Part shown: piece after piece, positions 19,481 through 27,959 of the stretch
Layout of the letters: every line of letters begins with the position of its first letter
Position numbering within the stretch: the first letter of the stretch is position 1
Source of the DNA: a virus
IMG/VR virus record: IMGVR_UViG_3300032011_002687
Location: 3,419-67,418 of that record
Strand: one strand, 5' to 3'
DNA length: 64,000 nucleotides
The notes under the pieces: model-generated
Seen by the model: only the letters and a program-made list of their open reading frames with translations
What the model was told of the DNA's origin: nothing
The model's database searches: none
Translations under genes and position numbers: made by a program

Positions 19481-20343
19481 TTCATATTCCTATCACATAA
19501 ATCTGGTTTAGTTTTGAACTCACAATATTTACAATTCTTTGCTGATGCAATCTTAGTATATTCTTTCAGCACTTGTTTACCCTCTGAATCAAAACAATCA
19601 TCAATAAACTCTTGTAACCTTTTCATAACCCTATTTACACTTGGTGTTCCACTTGCTGGTGAAAAGGTTTGTATTCTCTTTTGTGGATATTGTAAGTTCT
19701 CATACAATTTTCTCTTCAATATTAAATATTCAATATCTATTTTATCGACTGAAATATCTCGTTGTTTTGCAAAGAAATGTTTATATAATAGTAACTGATT
19801 AGTTTTATTCTTATCGGCTTTTTGCCATTTGTTCCAACCCATCGTAGATGTTTTGATATCTATAATCTTAACTCTACCTCTTCGTTTATCGTGTATAACT
19901 ACATCCATATACCCAATGAACTTCATTTGGTTTGGTAAATCAAAATTCAAATCTAATTCTATCCCAAGTAACTCGTGGTCTTTTTTAGGGAAGTATCTAT
20001 TTTTTAACTTTAAGAACTCACCAATAATATTTAACCCATCTTGGTAAAACTCTTTCATCTCTGGCAAAGTTATTGGTAATTCATTTTCTGAAGAGGCAAC
20101 TGCCTTCTTGTAGTTTTCTTCCATTCTGTATAGTAGAATTTCTTTTAATGGAAGTGAATCTGCTTTCTTTATGGTTTTCTCATAATAACAAACTAAGTAT
20201 GCTTGGATTGTTTCGTGAACCGCAGTTCCAAAGACCGTGTAGATATTACCCTCGAATGTACCGAGTTTATCTACATAGTTAAGTTTCCACATTTGTGGGC
20301 ATTTATCCCATTGTGAAAATTGACTATAACTTATTCTGGCCAA
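19477..20343 (-). CDS. PD-(D/E)XK exonuclease (RecB/Cas4-like)
   Basis: ISYSQ..CP, FGTAVHE, GYMD, IIDIKT, QL..Y, C..CEF. Confidence 0.88.
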   Translation of the reverse strand: MARISYSQFSQWDKCPQMWKLNYVDKLGTFEGNIYTVFGTAVHETIQAYLVCYYEKTIKKADSLPLKEILLYRMEENYKKAVASSENELPITLPEMKEFYQDGLNIIGEFLKLKNRYFPKKDHELLGIELDLNFDLPNQMKFIGYMDVVIHDKRRGRVKIIDIKTSTMGWNKWQKADKNKTNQLLLYKHFFAKQRDISVDKIDIEYLILKRKLYENLQYPQKRIQTFSPASGTPSVNRVMKRLQEFIDDCFDSEGKQVLKEYTKIASAKNCKYCEFKTKPDLCDRNMK

Positions 20344-20739
20344 TTATCTACCCCATTTTCCATTTTTAACAATTGTTGCCATAATACCATAATTAGATAC
20401 ATCTAAGAACGCATCTTCCATTGGTTCATCCTTTACAGCATTTACCCTACCACTCATCAATAGAGTTTTCAACCTCTGTATTTTATCGTTCATCCTAAAC
20501 CATAAACCAGTAAGAGATAATTTAATATCCTCTTCTGTTTTTAGTGGTGAACCAACTGATATATTACCTGGGCCATAATCGTGTTGTTTGTGTAGGAACA
20601 ATTCATATTGTTCTCGTTGTAATCTACGAAACTCTGTAGTCATCTCTGGCCATTCTTTTTCCATCTGTGCAATAATATTTGCACTTGTTTTATCAACTAC
20701 TTGTTTTGTAGATTTATCTTTTATATATGTTTCACTCAT
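20344..20739 (-). CDS. DUF1599-like (nucleotide-modification-associated) protein
   Basis: KQHDYG, RMNDKIQRL, EDAFLDVSNYGI. Confidence 0.7.
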   Translation of the reverse strand: MSETYIKDKSTKQVVDKTSANIIAQMEKEWPEMTTEFRRLQREQYELFLHKQHDYGPGNISVGSPLKTEEDIKLSLTGLWFRMNDKIQRLKTLLMSGRVNAVKDEPMEDAFLDVSNYGIMATIVKNGKWGR

Positions 20740-20762
20740 ATTTTACTCCGATTTCATACTTG

Positions 20763-20792
20763 AATATACGACATTTTTCATATAAGAGTCAA
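20763..20792 (-). promoter_or_regulatory. Sigma70-type early promoter
   Basis: Minus strand AAAAAAGTAC-TTGACT-N18-TATATT. Confidence 0.75.
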
Positions 20793-20800
20793 GTACTTTT

Positions 20801-21367
20801 TTAAATAATTTTATCGATGATACCATATTCTAAACATTGTGCGGCATCTAAGTATGTATCGTTTCTATTCATTCTCTTCCAAAACTTCACATCCTTGTTA
20901 GTTACTTCTGCAAGTAACTCATTAATATCTTTTGCTAATTCCTTTAAGTGGTCAACACCTCTCATAACATCTGTAGATTTACCAACCTCTACTGCTGAAC
21001 CCTCGTGTACCATCACAGTCGAATGTTTTGTCATTGTTCTTTCACCAGTACCACATGCTAATAAAACTGCTGCAGCACTCATACAAGTTCCAACACAATG
21101 TGTATTCACTTTAATATCCATATTGTGTATATAATCTACCAATCCTAACATAGCATAAACATCACCACCATAGGAAGCAATATTAAGATTTATAGCATTC
21201 AAATGTGGATTTACTCTTACCAAATAATCTAACTTAACTATCGTACTATACAAACTATCAATATCAAATTCAAAATTCATATAGGTAGTGTTGGTTTTTG
21301 AATTAACACCCCACTCCATCTCTGACATTGCGAATTGTTCTTCTTTTTTAAAACCTTGTTCTGCCAT
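20801..21367 (-). CDS. clpP: ClpP-family serine protease
   Basis: IASYGGDV, CMSAAA (Ser), MVHE (His), RNDTYL (Asp), YGIIDKI. Confidence 0.9.
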   Translation of the reverse strand: MAEQGFKKEEQFAMSEMEWGVNSKTNTTYMNFEFDIDSLYSTIVKLDYLVRVNPHLNAINLNIASYGGDVYAMLGLVDYIHNMDIKVNTHCVGTCMSAAAVLLACGTGERTMTKHSTVMVHEGSAVEVGKSTDVMRGVDHLKELAKDINELLAEVTNKDVKFWKRMNRNDTYLDAAQCLEYGIIDKII

Positions 21368-21801
21368 TACTTACTCCATATTTTTTTTAATTGTTTATCA
21401 TCCACACCATATCTCATTATAATGCTTGTTACTTGTTGTTTTGTTAATATATCCAAATGTTGTTCAACTTCTCGTGTACTACATTCAAAGTAATCCACTA
21501 AATGTTCCATAGCCCATTTTTCAACTTTTGATTTCTTTTTAGATTTGGTATATCTAAGAAATGTTCTACCTCTTGGTATTATGTCAATATAAAACTGATA
21601 CAAATTCTTTGGTTTTAGTTCCCAATACTTTTGTATCTCATTTACAACCTCTAACCATTCAGATTTCATACTAAGAAATCGATGTACCATATAGTTACTC
21701 CAAGTTTTTTTATCAGCATCTGATAAGGAGTCCCAATACATAGTATTTTGAACATTAGTAATTTGTTTTATGTGGTCGAATAACGATTTTGTTTTTGCCA
21801 T
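21367..21801 (-). CDS. Clamp loader small subunit (T4 gp62-like)
   Basis: LFDHIK...YMVHRFLS...YFECS pattern; gp44 and gp45 homologues nearby. Confidence 0.65.
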   Translation of the reverse strand: MAKTKSLFDHIKQITNVQNTMYWDSLSDADKKTWSNYMVHRFLSMKSEWLEVVNEIQKYWELKPKNLYQFYIDIIPRGRTFLRYTKSKKKSKVEKWAMEHLVDYFECSTREVEQHLDILTKQQVTSIIMRYGVDDKQLKKIWSK

Positions 21802-21851
21802 AATAACCTTTTGATGTATATAAATAGAGAATATAATCTCTAAAATTTAAT

Positions 21852-22448
21852 TTATTTAAAAGTGTTTCCTGCAACCCAACAAACACTTGTGTACCTTACA
21901 CCTTTAGTAACTGGTGTAACTTGGTGTCCTGCAAATGATGGAAATATAATCAATCTACCTGGTTCTGGTTCAATTATAGTATCATCAAATAATATAAAAT
22001 CTCCACCCTCATATTCATTATTTAAAAATAATACTGCAGTCATTTTAACTATACTGAAATCATCTGATGGATGAAAATCTGCGTGTGGTGTGTACCAATC
22101 TCCAACTTCATATTTATGACCAGTATATTCATTTCTATGAATCCCACCGATATCAAATTTATAATAAAGTTGATTTGCTAGTTTAAATGCGTTCCAATAT
22201 TTTGTTAATATTTCCTCATCCGTATAGAGTGCAACATTTAAGTTACAAACTGCAGGGTCTTTTTTATACTTAGGATTAGAATCTGCACCATAGTAAACAT
22301 CCTTTTGTTTCTTCACACAATCTTTATCAATTCGTGTTATAAACTCATCACACTCTTCTTGAGTAATAAAGTTTTTTCTATCCACCCACCATCTAAAATT
22401 TGGATTAGGTGTAAAGTTCTGTTCTACTGGTTTATACAAAGGTATCAC
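21852..22448 (-). CDS. 2OG-Fe(II) oxygenase (prolyl-4-hydroxylase/PKHD-like)
   Basis: PHAD, YEGGD, FPS..GHQVTPVTKGVRY. Confidence 0.9.
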   Translation of the reverse strand: MIPLYKPVEQNFTPNPNFRWWVDRKNFITQEECDEFITRIDKDCVKKQKDVYYGADSNPKYKKDPAVCNLNVALYTDEEILTKYWNAFKLANQLYYKFDIGGIHRNEYTGHKYEVGDWYTPHADFHPSDDFSIVKMTAVLFLNNEYEGGDFILFDDTIIEPEPGRLIIFPSFAGHQVTPVTKGVRYTSVCWVAGNTFK

Positions 22449-23040
22449 CTATTATAAATTCTTGAATACAATGTCGTATTCCCTTTGTAACTGGAGTTAC
22501 TCTATGAAAAAATATTGGTGAGAATACAATTAAAGTTCCCTTTTCTTGTGGAATTGTATAATACTCCATAGAATGTGGGTCTTGTATAGCAAATTGTGTT
22601 TTACCACCCTCATATTCACTTGGGTCTGTTAATTGTACAATACACGCTAACTTTCTTAAAGAACTTTGACCTGCATTAAAATCTGAATGCCAAGTATAAA
22701 AATCTTCAGTCTCTCCATTATACTGAATCATTTTTATATTGTTTTCTACTTCTTGAATATTAAAGTTCCAAGATAACTGATTCATTACTTTTGCAGATAG
22801 AAATAATTTCTGTTGTATATCTGAATAATCACCCTTTGCATAATCTCTCATATCTTTATGTAAATACCATTCTTTAACACTTCTAAATTCTAAATTATGG
22901 TCTGAACCCATATGTGGTTCTATACAACCTGTCTCACCCTTTTCCGTACTTTTAACCCTTTCAATAAACTCATCACATTCTTCTGGTGTAAAGAAGTTTG
23001 GTTTTGTCATATACCATTGAAAGTTTTCATTCTTTTTCAT
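22432..23040 (-). CDS. 2OG-Fe(II) oxygenase
   Basis: WHSD, RKL, YEGG, HRVTPVTKGIR. Confidence 0.9.
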   Translation of the reverse strand: MKKNENFQWYMTKPNFFTPEECDEFIERVKSTEKGETGCIEPHMGSDHNLEFRSVKEWYLHKDMRDYAKGDYSDIQQKLFLSAKVMNQLSWNFNIQEVENNIKMIQYNGETEDFYTWHSDFNAGQSSLRKLACIVQLTDPSEYEGGKTQFAIQDPHSMEYYTIPQEKGTLIVFSPIFFHRVTPVTKGIRHCIQEFIIGDTFV

Positions 23041-23645
23041 CTTAGTGGTTCTCCTATGTAGGTTTCTCTCATTATAAATCTTTCTCCACTTTTAAGTGGT
23101 GTAACCATATGGTTCGTAAACGATGGGAACATAAATAAATATCCTTGTTTATATGGACATTTAAAAAAATCTTCTTTTTCATTACTAAATGCAAAATGTA
23201 AATCACCACCATCAAAATCTTTTGGGTCGGATATTTGAATCAAGCAAGTTATTTTGTTTAATGATAGTATTCCAGCATCTGTACCCGAATGCCAATTGAA
23301 ATGGTCTCCCTTTTGATATTCAATAGTTCTAAAATCCCCTTGATTTCGTTCAATATCGAATTTCCAAACCCTATCATTTGTAATCTTTACTATAGTATTT
23401 AGTTTATCTACCAACCAACTATAATCATTCTTTATATTACTATTTAATTCTGGTAATAAATATATTTCATTACAATCACGATGGTGAGATGGATTAACTT
23501 TTGTAGGCTCTTCTTCTTGTGGATTATATGTTCCACCTTGAACCCAACTATCTTCACCCTTAACTTTTTTTACTAAATCATTACATTGTTCTACACTAAG
23601 AAATGGTAAATGTATAAACCATTTAAAATCATTGTTTTCTTTCAC
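23037..23645 (-). CDS. 2OG-Fe(II) oxygenase with altered HxD motif
   Basis: WHSGTD, FDGGDL, FPSF.NHMVTPLKSGER. Confidence 0.85.
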   Translation of the reverse strand: MKENNDFKWFIHLPFLSVEQCNDLVKKVKGEDSWVQGGTYNPQEEEPTKVNPSHHRDCNEIYLLPELNSNIKNDYSWLVDKLNTIVKITNDRVWKFDIERNQGDFRTIEYQKGDHFNWHSGTDAGILSLNKITCLIQISDPKDFDGGDLHFAFSNEKEDFFKCPYKQGYLFMFPSFTNHMVTPLKSGERFIMRETYIGEPLR

Positions 23646-24232
23646 CTAAAAGTATCTCCGTGTAACCAACCAACGATGGAATATCTTGAGCCAGAAAGTA
23701 ATGGTGTAATTCTATGTATTACTAATGGATTAAAAATAATTACACTCCCCTTTTTTCTCGTACCCTTAACAAAACTATCACTATCTTTGGTTGTTAATGC
23801 AAACTCTAAATCTCCACCATCATAATCATCACCATCTGATAATTGAACTATAACACTTAATTTTCTCGTTGATTCATCACCTTTACCAAAATCTGGATGC
23901 CATCCATACCCATCACCCTTTACATATTTTAATAGTTTGAAATTCTCGTAAGAATCCCAATCAATATCGTAATTGAAATGTAGTTTATTAGCAACCTTAG
24001 TGAGATTTAATATTTTATCAGTAATTTTACTACTTTCTATTTGGAACTCTGTTGCTTTTCTGTAATCTCTAACCTCACTACCACCCAAACCAACAAGTTC
24101 GGCTCTACTACCATTGGTATTGATTGTGTGTTGAGATTCACCAAAACTTTTATTTTTAATAAAATCTATTTCTGAATCACTTAGAAAGTTTTCCTTTTCA
24201 ACATAATACTTAAAACCATTATTTTTTTTCAT
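23642..24232 (-). CDS. 2OG-Fe(II) oxygenase
   Basis: WHPD, RKLS, YDGGDL, HRITPLLSGSRYSIVGW. Confidence 0.9.
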   Translation of the reverse strand: MKKNNGFKYYVEKENFLSDSEIDFIKNKSFGESQHTINTNGSRAELVGLGGSEVRDYRKATEFQIESSKITDKILNLTKVANKLHFNYDIDWDSYENFKLLKYVKGDGYGWHPDFGKGDESTRKLSVIVQLSDGDDYDGGDLEFALTTKDSDSFVKGTRKKGSVIIFNPLVIHRITPLLSGSRYSIVGWLHGDTFR

Positions 24233-24241
24233 ACTTACTCT

Positions 24242-25768
24242 TTAAGGTCCTTTTGGTGGTAAGTTATGAACTAATATATCACTTGAAAAATAAGTATCAA
24301 TATCCTCTACATCTAATGAATAGAAAGTTTCATCGCTAGTTACTTCGACTGTTGATGTTACCTCTACAAGATTACCATCTTTATCCAGTAGTTCATCACC
24401 AACTTCAATTTCAAATCCTCTAAGGAACTTATACTCGCCTGCTCGTTTTACAAATATCATCCCCATCCAACCAAACTTATAAGTATCATTTATTACATAA
24501 TGTTCTGGCTGTACATTAGAAGATACCTCAAGTACAACTGAACCACTCGAAACACTATTGGTTAAATCTGTTGATGAATATGCTGCAAAATCGTGGTCAC
24601 TTAAACTCATTCCAACTGGTTGATATGATTTAACCACATCACCAACTTCTACATCTTGTATTTGTTTAGTACTACCATCATACATACGAATTAAACTTCC
24701 ACTCGGTGTTGTAGTACCTCTATTTGCAAGTAGTTTCCACTTATACCAATCATTATCTGCAGATGAACTTACACCTGTAGGTGGATTTATTTGTATGTAT
24801 TGTGGACTATAATAAGAACACAATACATCTGTATGTTGTGGTGTGAATAATACATATGCCCTACCAGTCCCTAAGTATTTATTTCCATTACTATCTAAAC
24901 TACCAGAAGATGGAATAAATTTTTCTGGATAAGTAGATATACCAGCACTCGTCTCAATATCATACCAATATGTCATACTCTCTTTATAATCCGAATTTGA
25001 TTCCCAGGTTTGTTCAACTCCATCCGCATCTACATAGGTAGATGAGTATATATTCTGTTGTTCTGCATTACTTACATATGAGTTAAAACTTATATTGAAT
25101 GGACTAACTAATAATGAACCATCTTCAGTTTTAGATTTTAAAACAAAATCTGGCCAAGTTCCTACACCAGTATTAGCTGTAACTGATGATGAAACAAAAT
25201 TATCTATAAATGTCTCACCAACATTTGCACTCTGAAGTATAGTTCTAAAATTAGTTTTATCCATAGAACCAGTACCCATTCTATATAATGTATCATCTGC
25301 TCCGTAACCATTTGGTGTATCAACGAAAAGATGAAATTTACTTGAAGATGCCTCTACACGAGAATTAACATATGGTGCTGAACTCTCATAAACAAAAGAA
25401 GAACTTATGTTATGATTAGCAAAACTTGCGGATATACTTTGAAGTTTAGTTTGTCTTGGATTTTGCATATCTGCCCAAGTAGAACCATAAACATTTACAC
25501 TACTATAACTTTGTGTAACAGCATATTGTGCAATTCTATCAAAGAAATCCGAACCTTGTACTGATAAAGGTATCTGTACACTTGGATTTGTATTAAACTC
25601 AAATATTTTTGTATCATTACTACCACTCTCAATAGTAAAATCATATGCACCAATAAATGCTGAATAACTATGGTCTGGCCAATCTCCTGCACTACCTGTT
25701 ATGTAATCACTAAGTTCTTTTACTTTAGCGTTTACATCTGATTTTTGTGTATAATTTACTATACTCAT
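24242..25768 (-). CDS. Circularly permuted ATP-grasp-like domain fused to C-terminal Hint (BIL/intein-like) domain
   Basis: YDF...KIFEFNTNP, MDK, PDFVLK, EKFI, GRAYVL in permuted order; Hint GSLIRMYDGSTKQIQDVEVGD...YSLDVEDIDTYFSSDILVHN followed by LPPKGP. Confidence 0.7.
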   Translation of the reverse strand: MSIVNYTQKSDVNAKVKELSDYITGSAGDWPDHSYSAFIGAYDFTIESGSNDTKIFEFNTNPSVQIPLSVQGSDFFDRIAQYAVTQSYSSVNVYGSTWADMQNPRQTKLQSISASFANHNISSSFVYESSAPYVNSRVEASSSKFHLFVDTPNGYGADDTLYRMGTGSMDKTNFRTILQSANVGETFIDNFVSSSVTANTGVGTWPDFVLKSKTEDGSLLVSPFNISFNSYVSNAEQQNIYSSTYVDADGVEQTWESNSDYKESMTYWYDIETSAGISTYPEKFIPSSGSLDSNGNKYLGTGRAYVLFTPQHTDVLCSYYSPQYIQINPPTGVSSSADNDWYKWKLLANRGTTTPSGSLIRMYDGSTKQIQDVEVGDVVKSYQPVGMSLSDHDFAAYSSTDLTNSVSSGSVVLEVSSNVQPEHYVINDTYKFGWMGMIFVKRAGEYKFLRGFEIEVGDELLDKDGNLVEVTSTVEVTSDETFYSLDVEDIDTYFSSDILVHNLPPKGP

Positions 25769-25806
25769 TAACTTCTCCTAATGATACTTTTATTCATATA
25801 TAAATA

Positions 25807-26226
25807 TCATATTTTTACATTATAGTTACTATTTAGGAACATCTTCTGTGCGGATTTATTCCAACTATCTGATTGTGCCCACCAAGTATCCCAATCTTGG
25901 CAATATCTATGTAGTGAATTAACAATCTCACCACCTATACCTTTATTTCTATATTTAGGATTTACATAGATATTACATATTTCCCTTGTTTCTGTATTTA
26001 ACCAACCCCAACCTTGAATTATTGATTGTGGATTAAATACTACAAACTTCCATCCATTGTCTAATCTGATTTTTGCTTTAGGTAAATCCCACATACCATC
26101 CCATTTGATTATTGAATTAAAGTAATCTATCTCATATTGTAAATTATATAAGGTACACTCATCATAATCAAACGATGGACATAAATCAGATACTTCTGCA
26201 TCCTCTCTGTTGATGCTGAACAACAT
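25807..26226 (-). CDS. GNAT-family acetyltransferase
   Basis: IYVNPKYRNKGIG acetyl-CoA motif A, WNKSAQKMF. Confidence 0.85.
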   Translation of the reverse strand: MLFSINREDAEVSDLCPSFDYDECTLYNLQYEIDYFNSIIKWDGMWDLPKAKIRLDNGWKFVVFNPQSIIQGWGWLNTETREICNIYVNPKYRNKGIGGEIVNSLHRYCQDWDTWWAQSDSWNKSAQKMFLNSNYNVKI

Positions 26227-26228
26227 CT

Positions 26229-26477
26229 TTAAGGTGTTTCTAAACCTGTACCCTTTAACATCTCTTTTGGTACTTGACCACAATTACCACAACTAAATAC
26301 TTCAATTGGAATTAATCCCTCTTGACCATTTGGTGACATAATTGCAGATATCTTTTTGATAATTGTTGATGTTATAAATAAATAATTACCACACGCTTGA
26401 CAATTTAATGTATCTGCTTTACTTAAATCTAATTTCTGTTGTGGTTTACCTATTGGTTTTTGTGCTTTCATATTCAT
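26229..26477 (-). CDS. Small Zn-ribbon protein
   Basis: CQACG...CGNCG. Confidence 0.65.
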   Translation of the reverse strand: MNMKAQKPIGKPQQKLDLSKADTLNCQACGNYLFITSTIIKKISAIMSPNGQEGLIPIEVFSCGNCGQVPKEMLKGTGLETP

Positions 26478-27397
26478 TTTACTTTTCCTATTATCTCAAC
26501 AAACATTGCCATAGCATTTATTTCCTTATCCACTACTACTGCATCACTTTGTTGGTATTGACTCAATACTAAGATACATTCTGCTACATGTCCTCTACCC
26601 CAATCATCGACTGTATCAAATAACAACCTAAACATATCACTAAAATCTGTAACTTTGGAATCTGCCAATAGTTGTCGAATGTTCTTAAAACTATTCTTCT
26701 TATCTTGTGTTTTCAAGATTTCTAAAACTTCTAACTTGTAATCGTTTTGTGTACTCATCGCTTCATCTATAACGAGTTTTTCATCTACTACTTGTCTCTG
26801 AGCAGCATTGATTACTCTTCTGATATCGGGATAACCACCATTTACTATCGTTACGATATCATCTACTTTTGCATCTACCGATTCTTTCTGTAAGATATTC
26901 GACATATGCATCGCGACTTGTTTTCTATCGGGTGGGATAATCTGAAAGGATTGACATCTTGATTGGATTGGGTCAATTATTCTTTCAACATAATTACAAG
27001 TTAGGATAAACCTACAATGTTTTGAAAATGTTTCCATTAGATTTCTTAATGCTGCTTGAGCATTCGGTGTAATATAATCACACTCATCTAATATTATAAT
27101 CTTCATCTCTGAAAATCCAAGTGTTGATGCGAAGTTCTTTACTTTATCACGAACTACATCTACACTATTTTCATCAGATGCGTTAATATATAAATAATCA
27201 CAATCTATATTATTAACGAGTAATTTAGCGAGAGTGGTTTTACCTGTACCTGCACGCCCATACAATAATAAATGTGGTAAATCCCCACTCTCCAAATACA
27301 CCTTTACCTTACTCTTGAGATGTTCATTCCCAATGTAAGTTTCAAGCGATTGCGGCCGATACTTTTCTACCCATAGGGTATTTTTAATTTCTTCCAT
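26474..27397 (-). CDS. Clamp loader ATPase subunit (T4 gp44/RFC-like)
   Basis: LWVEKYRP, GRAGTGKTT, ILDECD, SRC motif. Confidence 0.95.
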   Translation of the reverse strand: MEEIKNTLWVEKYRPQSLETYIGNEHLKSKVKVYLESGDLPHLLLYGRAGTGKTTLAKLLVNNIDCDYLYINASDENSVDVVRDKVKNFASTLGFSEMKIIILDECDYITPNAQAALRNLMETFSKHCRFILTCNYVERIIDPIQSRCQSFQIIPPDRKQVAMHMSNILQKESVDAKVDDIVTIVNGGYPDIRRVINAAQRQVVDEKLVIDEAMSTQNDYKLEVLEILKTQDKKNSFKNIRQLLADSKVTDFSDMFRLLFDTVDDWGRGHVAECILVLSQYQQSDAVVVDKEINAMAMFVEIIGKVK

Positions 27398-27398
27398 A

Positions 27399-27959
27399 CT
27401 ATTCCTTTATTGCATCTTGTTCTAAAAATATCTGAACACTCCATCGAATACCAGATGTAACTTCATTTACCCAATGTAAATGTTTATCTGCTATCCAAAC
27501 ATACCCAGCATCTTGTTTCATTGTTCTAACACCATCGTTAGTTTCAAATTGTAATTCTCCACCCTCATATTCACCATACTCTTTATCAGATAATTGAATA
27601 CCAATCGTAAAACATCTCTTCCTTAGAATTTCACCCTCAGTACCTGTCATAACATCATCTATATGTGGTTTAAAATAACAACCTTTACTATAGTGACATA
27701 TTATCATTGAGTAACCAAGATTATCAATGTTTAAATCTAAGGTATCTGTCCAATCCTTAATCCTATTATAAACCCAAGATATATCATAAGGTGAGTTACC
27801 CCAAGGCAAAGTATCTGATAACATTTTACTACCAACCTTTTCATATTCGTTATGGTAGACATCAATTACTCTAACTTTTAATTTAGCATATGATTTTATT
27901 TTTTCACATTCTTCTTTAGTAAATAATCTTTTTTCTATTAAAGTTTTTTCCATATCCAA
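27399..27959 (-). CDS. 2OG-Fe(II) oxygenase
   Basis: PHID, YEGGEL, HWVNEVTSGIRWS. Confidence 0.88.
   Translation of the reverse strand: MDMEKTLIEKRLFTKEECEKIKSYAKLKVRVIDVYHNEYEKVGSKMLSDTLPWGNSPYDISWVYNRIKDWTDTLDLNIDNLGYSMIICHYSKGCYFKPHIDDVMTGTEGEILRKRCFTIGIQLSDKEYGEYEGGELQFETNDGVRTMKQDAGYVWIADKHLHWVNEVTSGIRWSVQIFLEQDAIKE

Noticed and set aside
19477-20343. CRISPR-Cas system implied by a Cas4-like nuclease
   Set aside because: No repeat-spacer array or other cas genes seen; solo Cas4-like nucleases are common in phages
21852-24232. TET/JBP DNA base hydroxylases
   Set aside because: Motifs match the P4H/PKHD-type clade (Y.GG.L, H.VTP...G.R), not TET/JBP
24242-24715. Splicing intein or mobile element
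   Set aside because: No N-terminal Cys/Ser, no block-B His, +1 residue is Leu, no homing endonuclease
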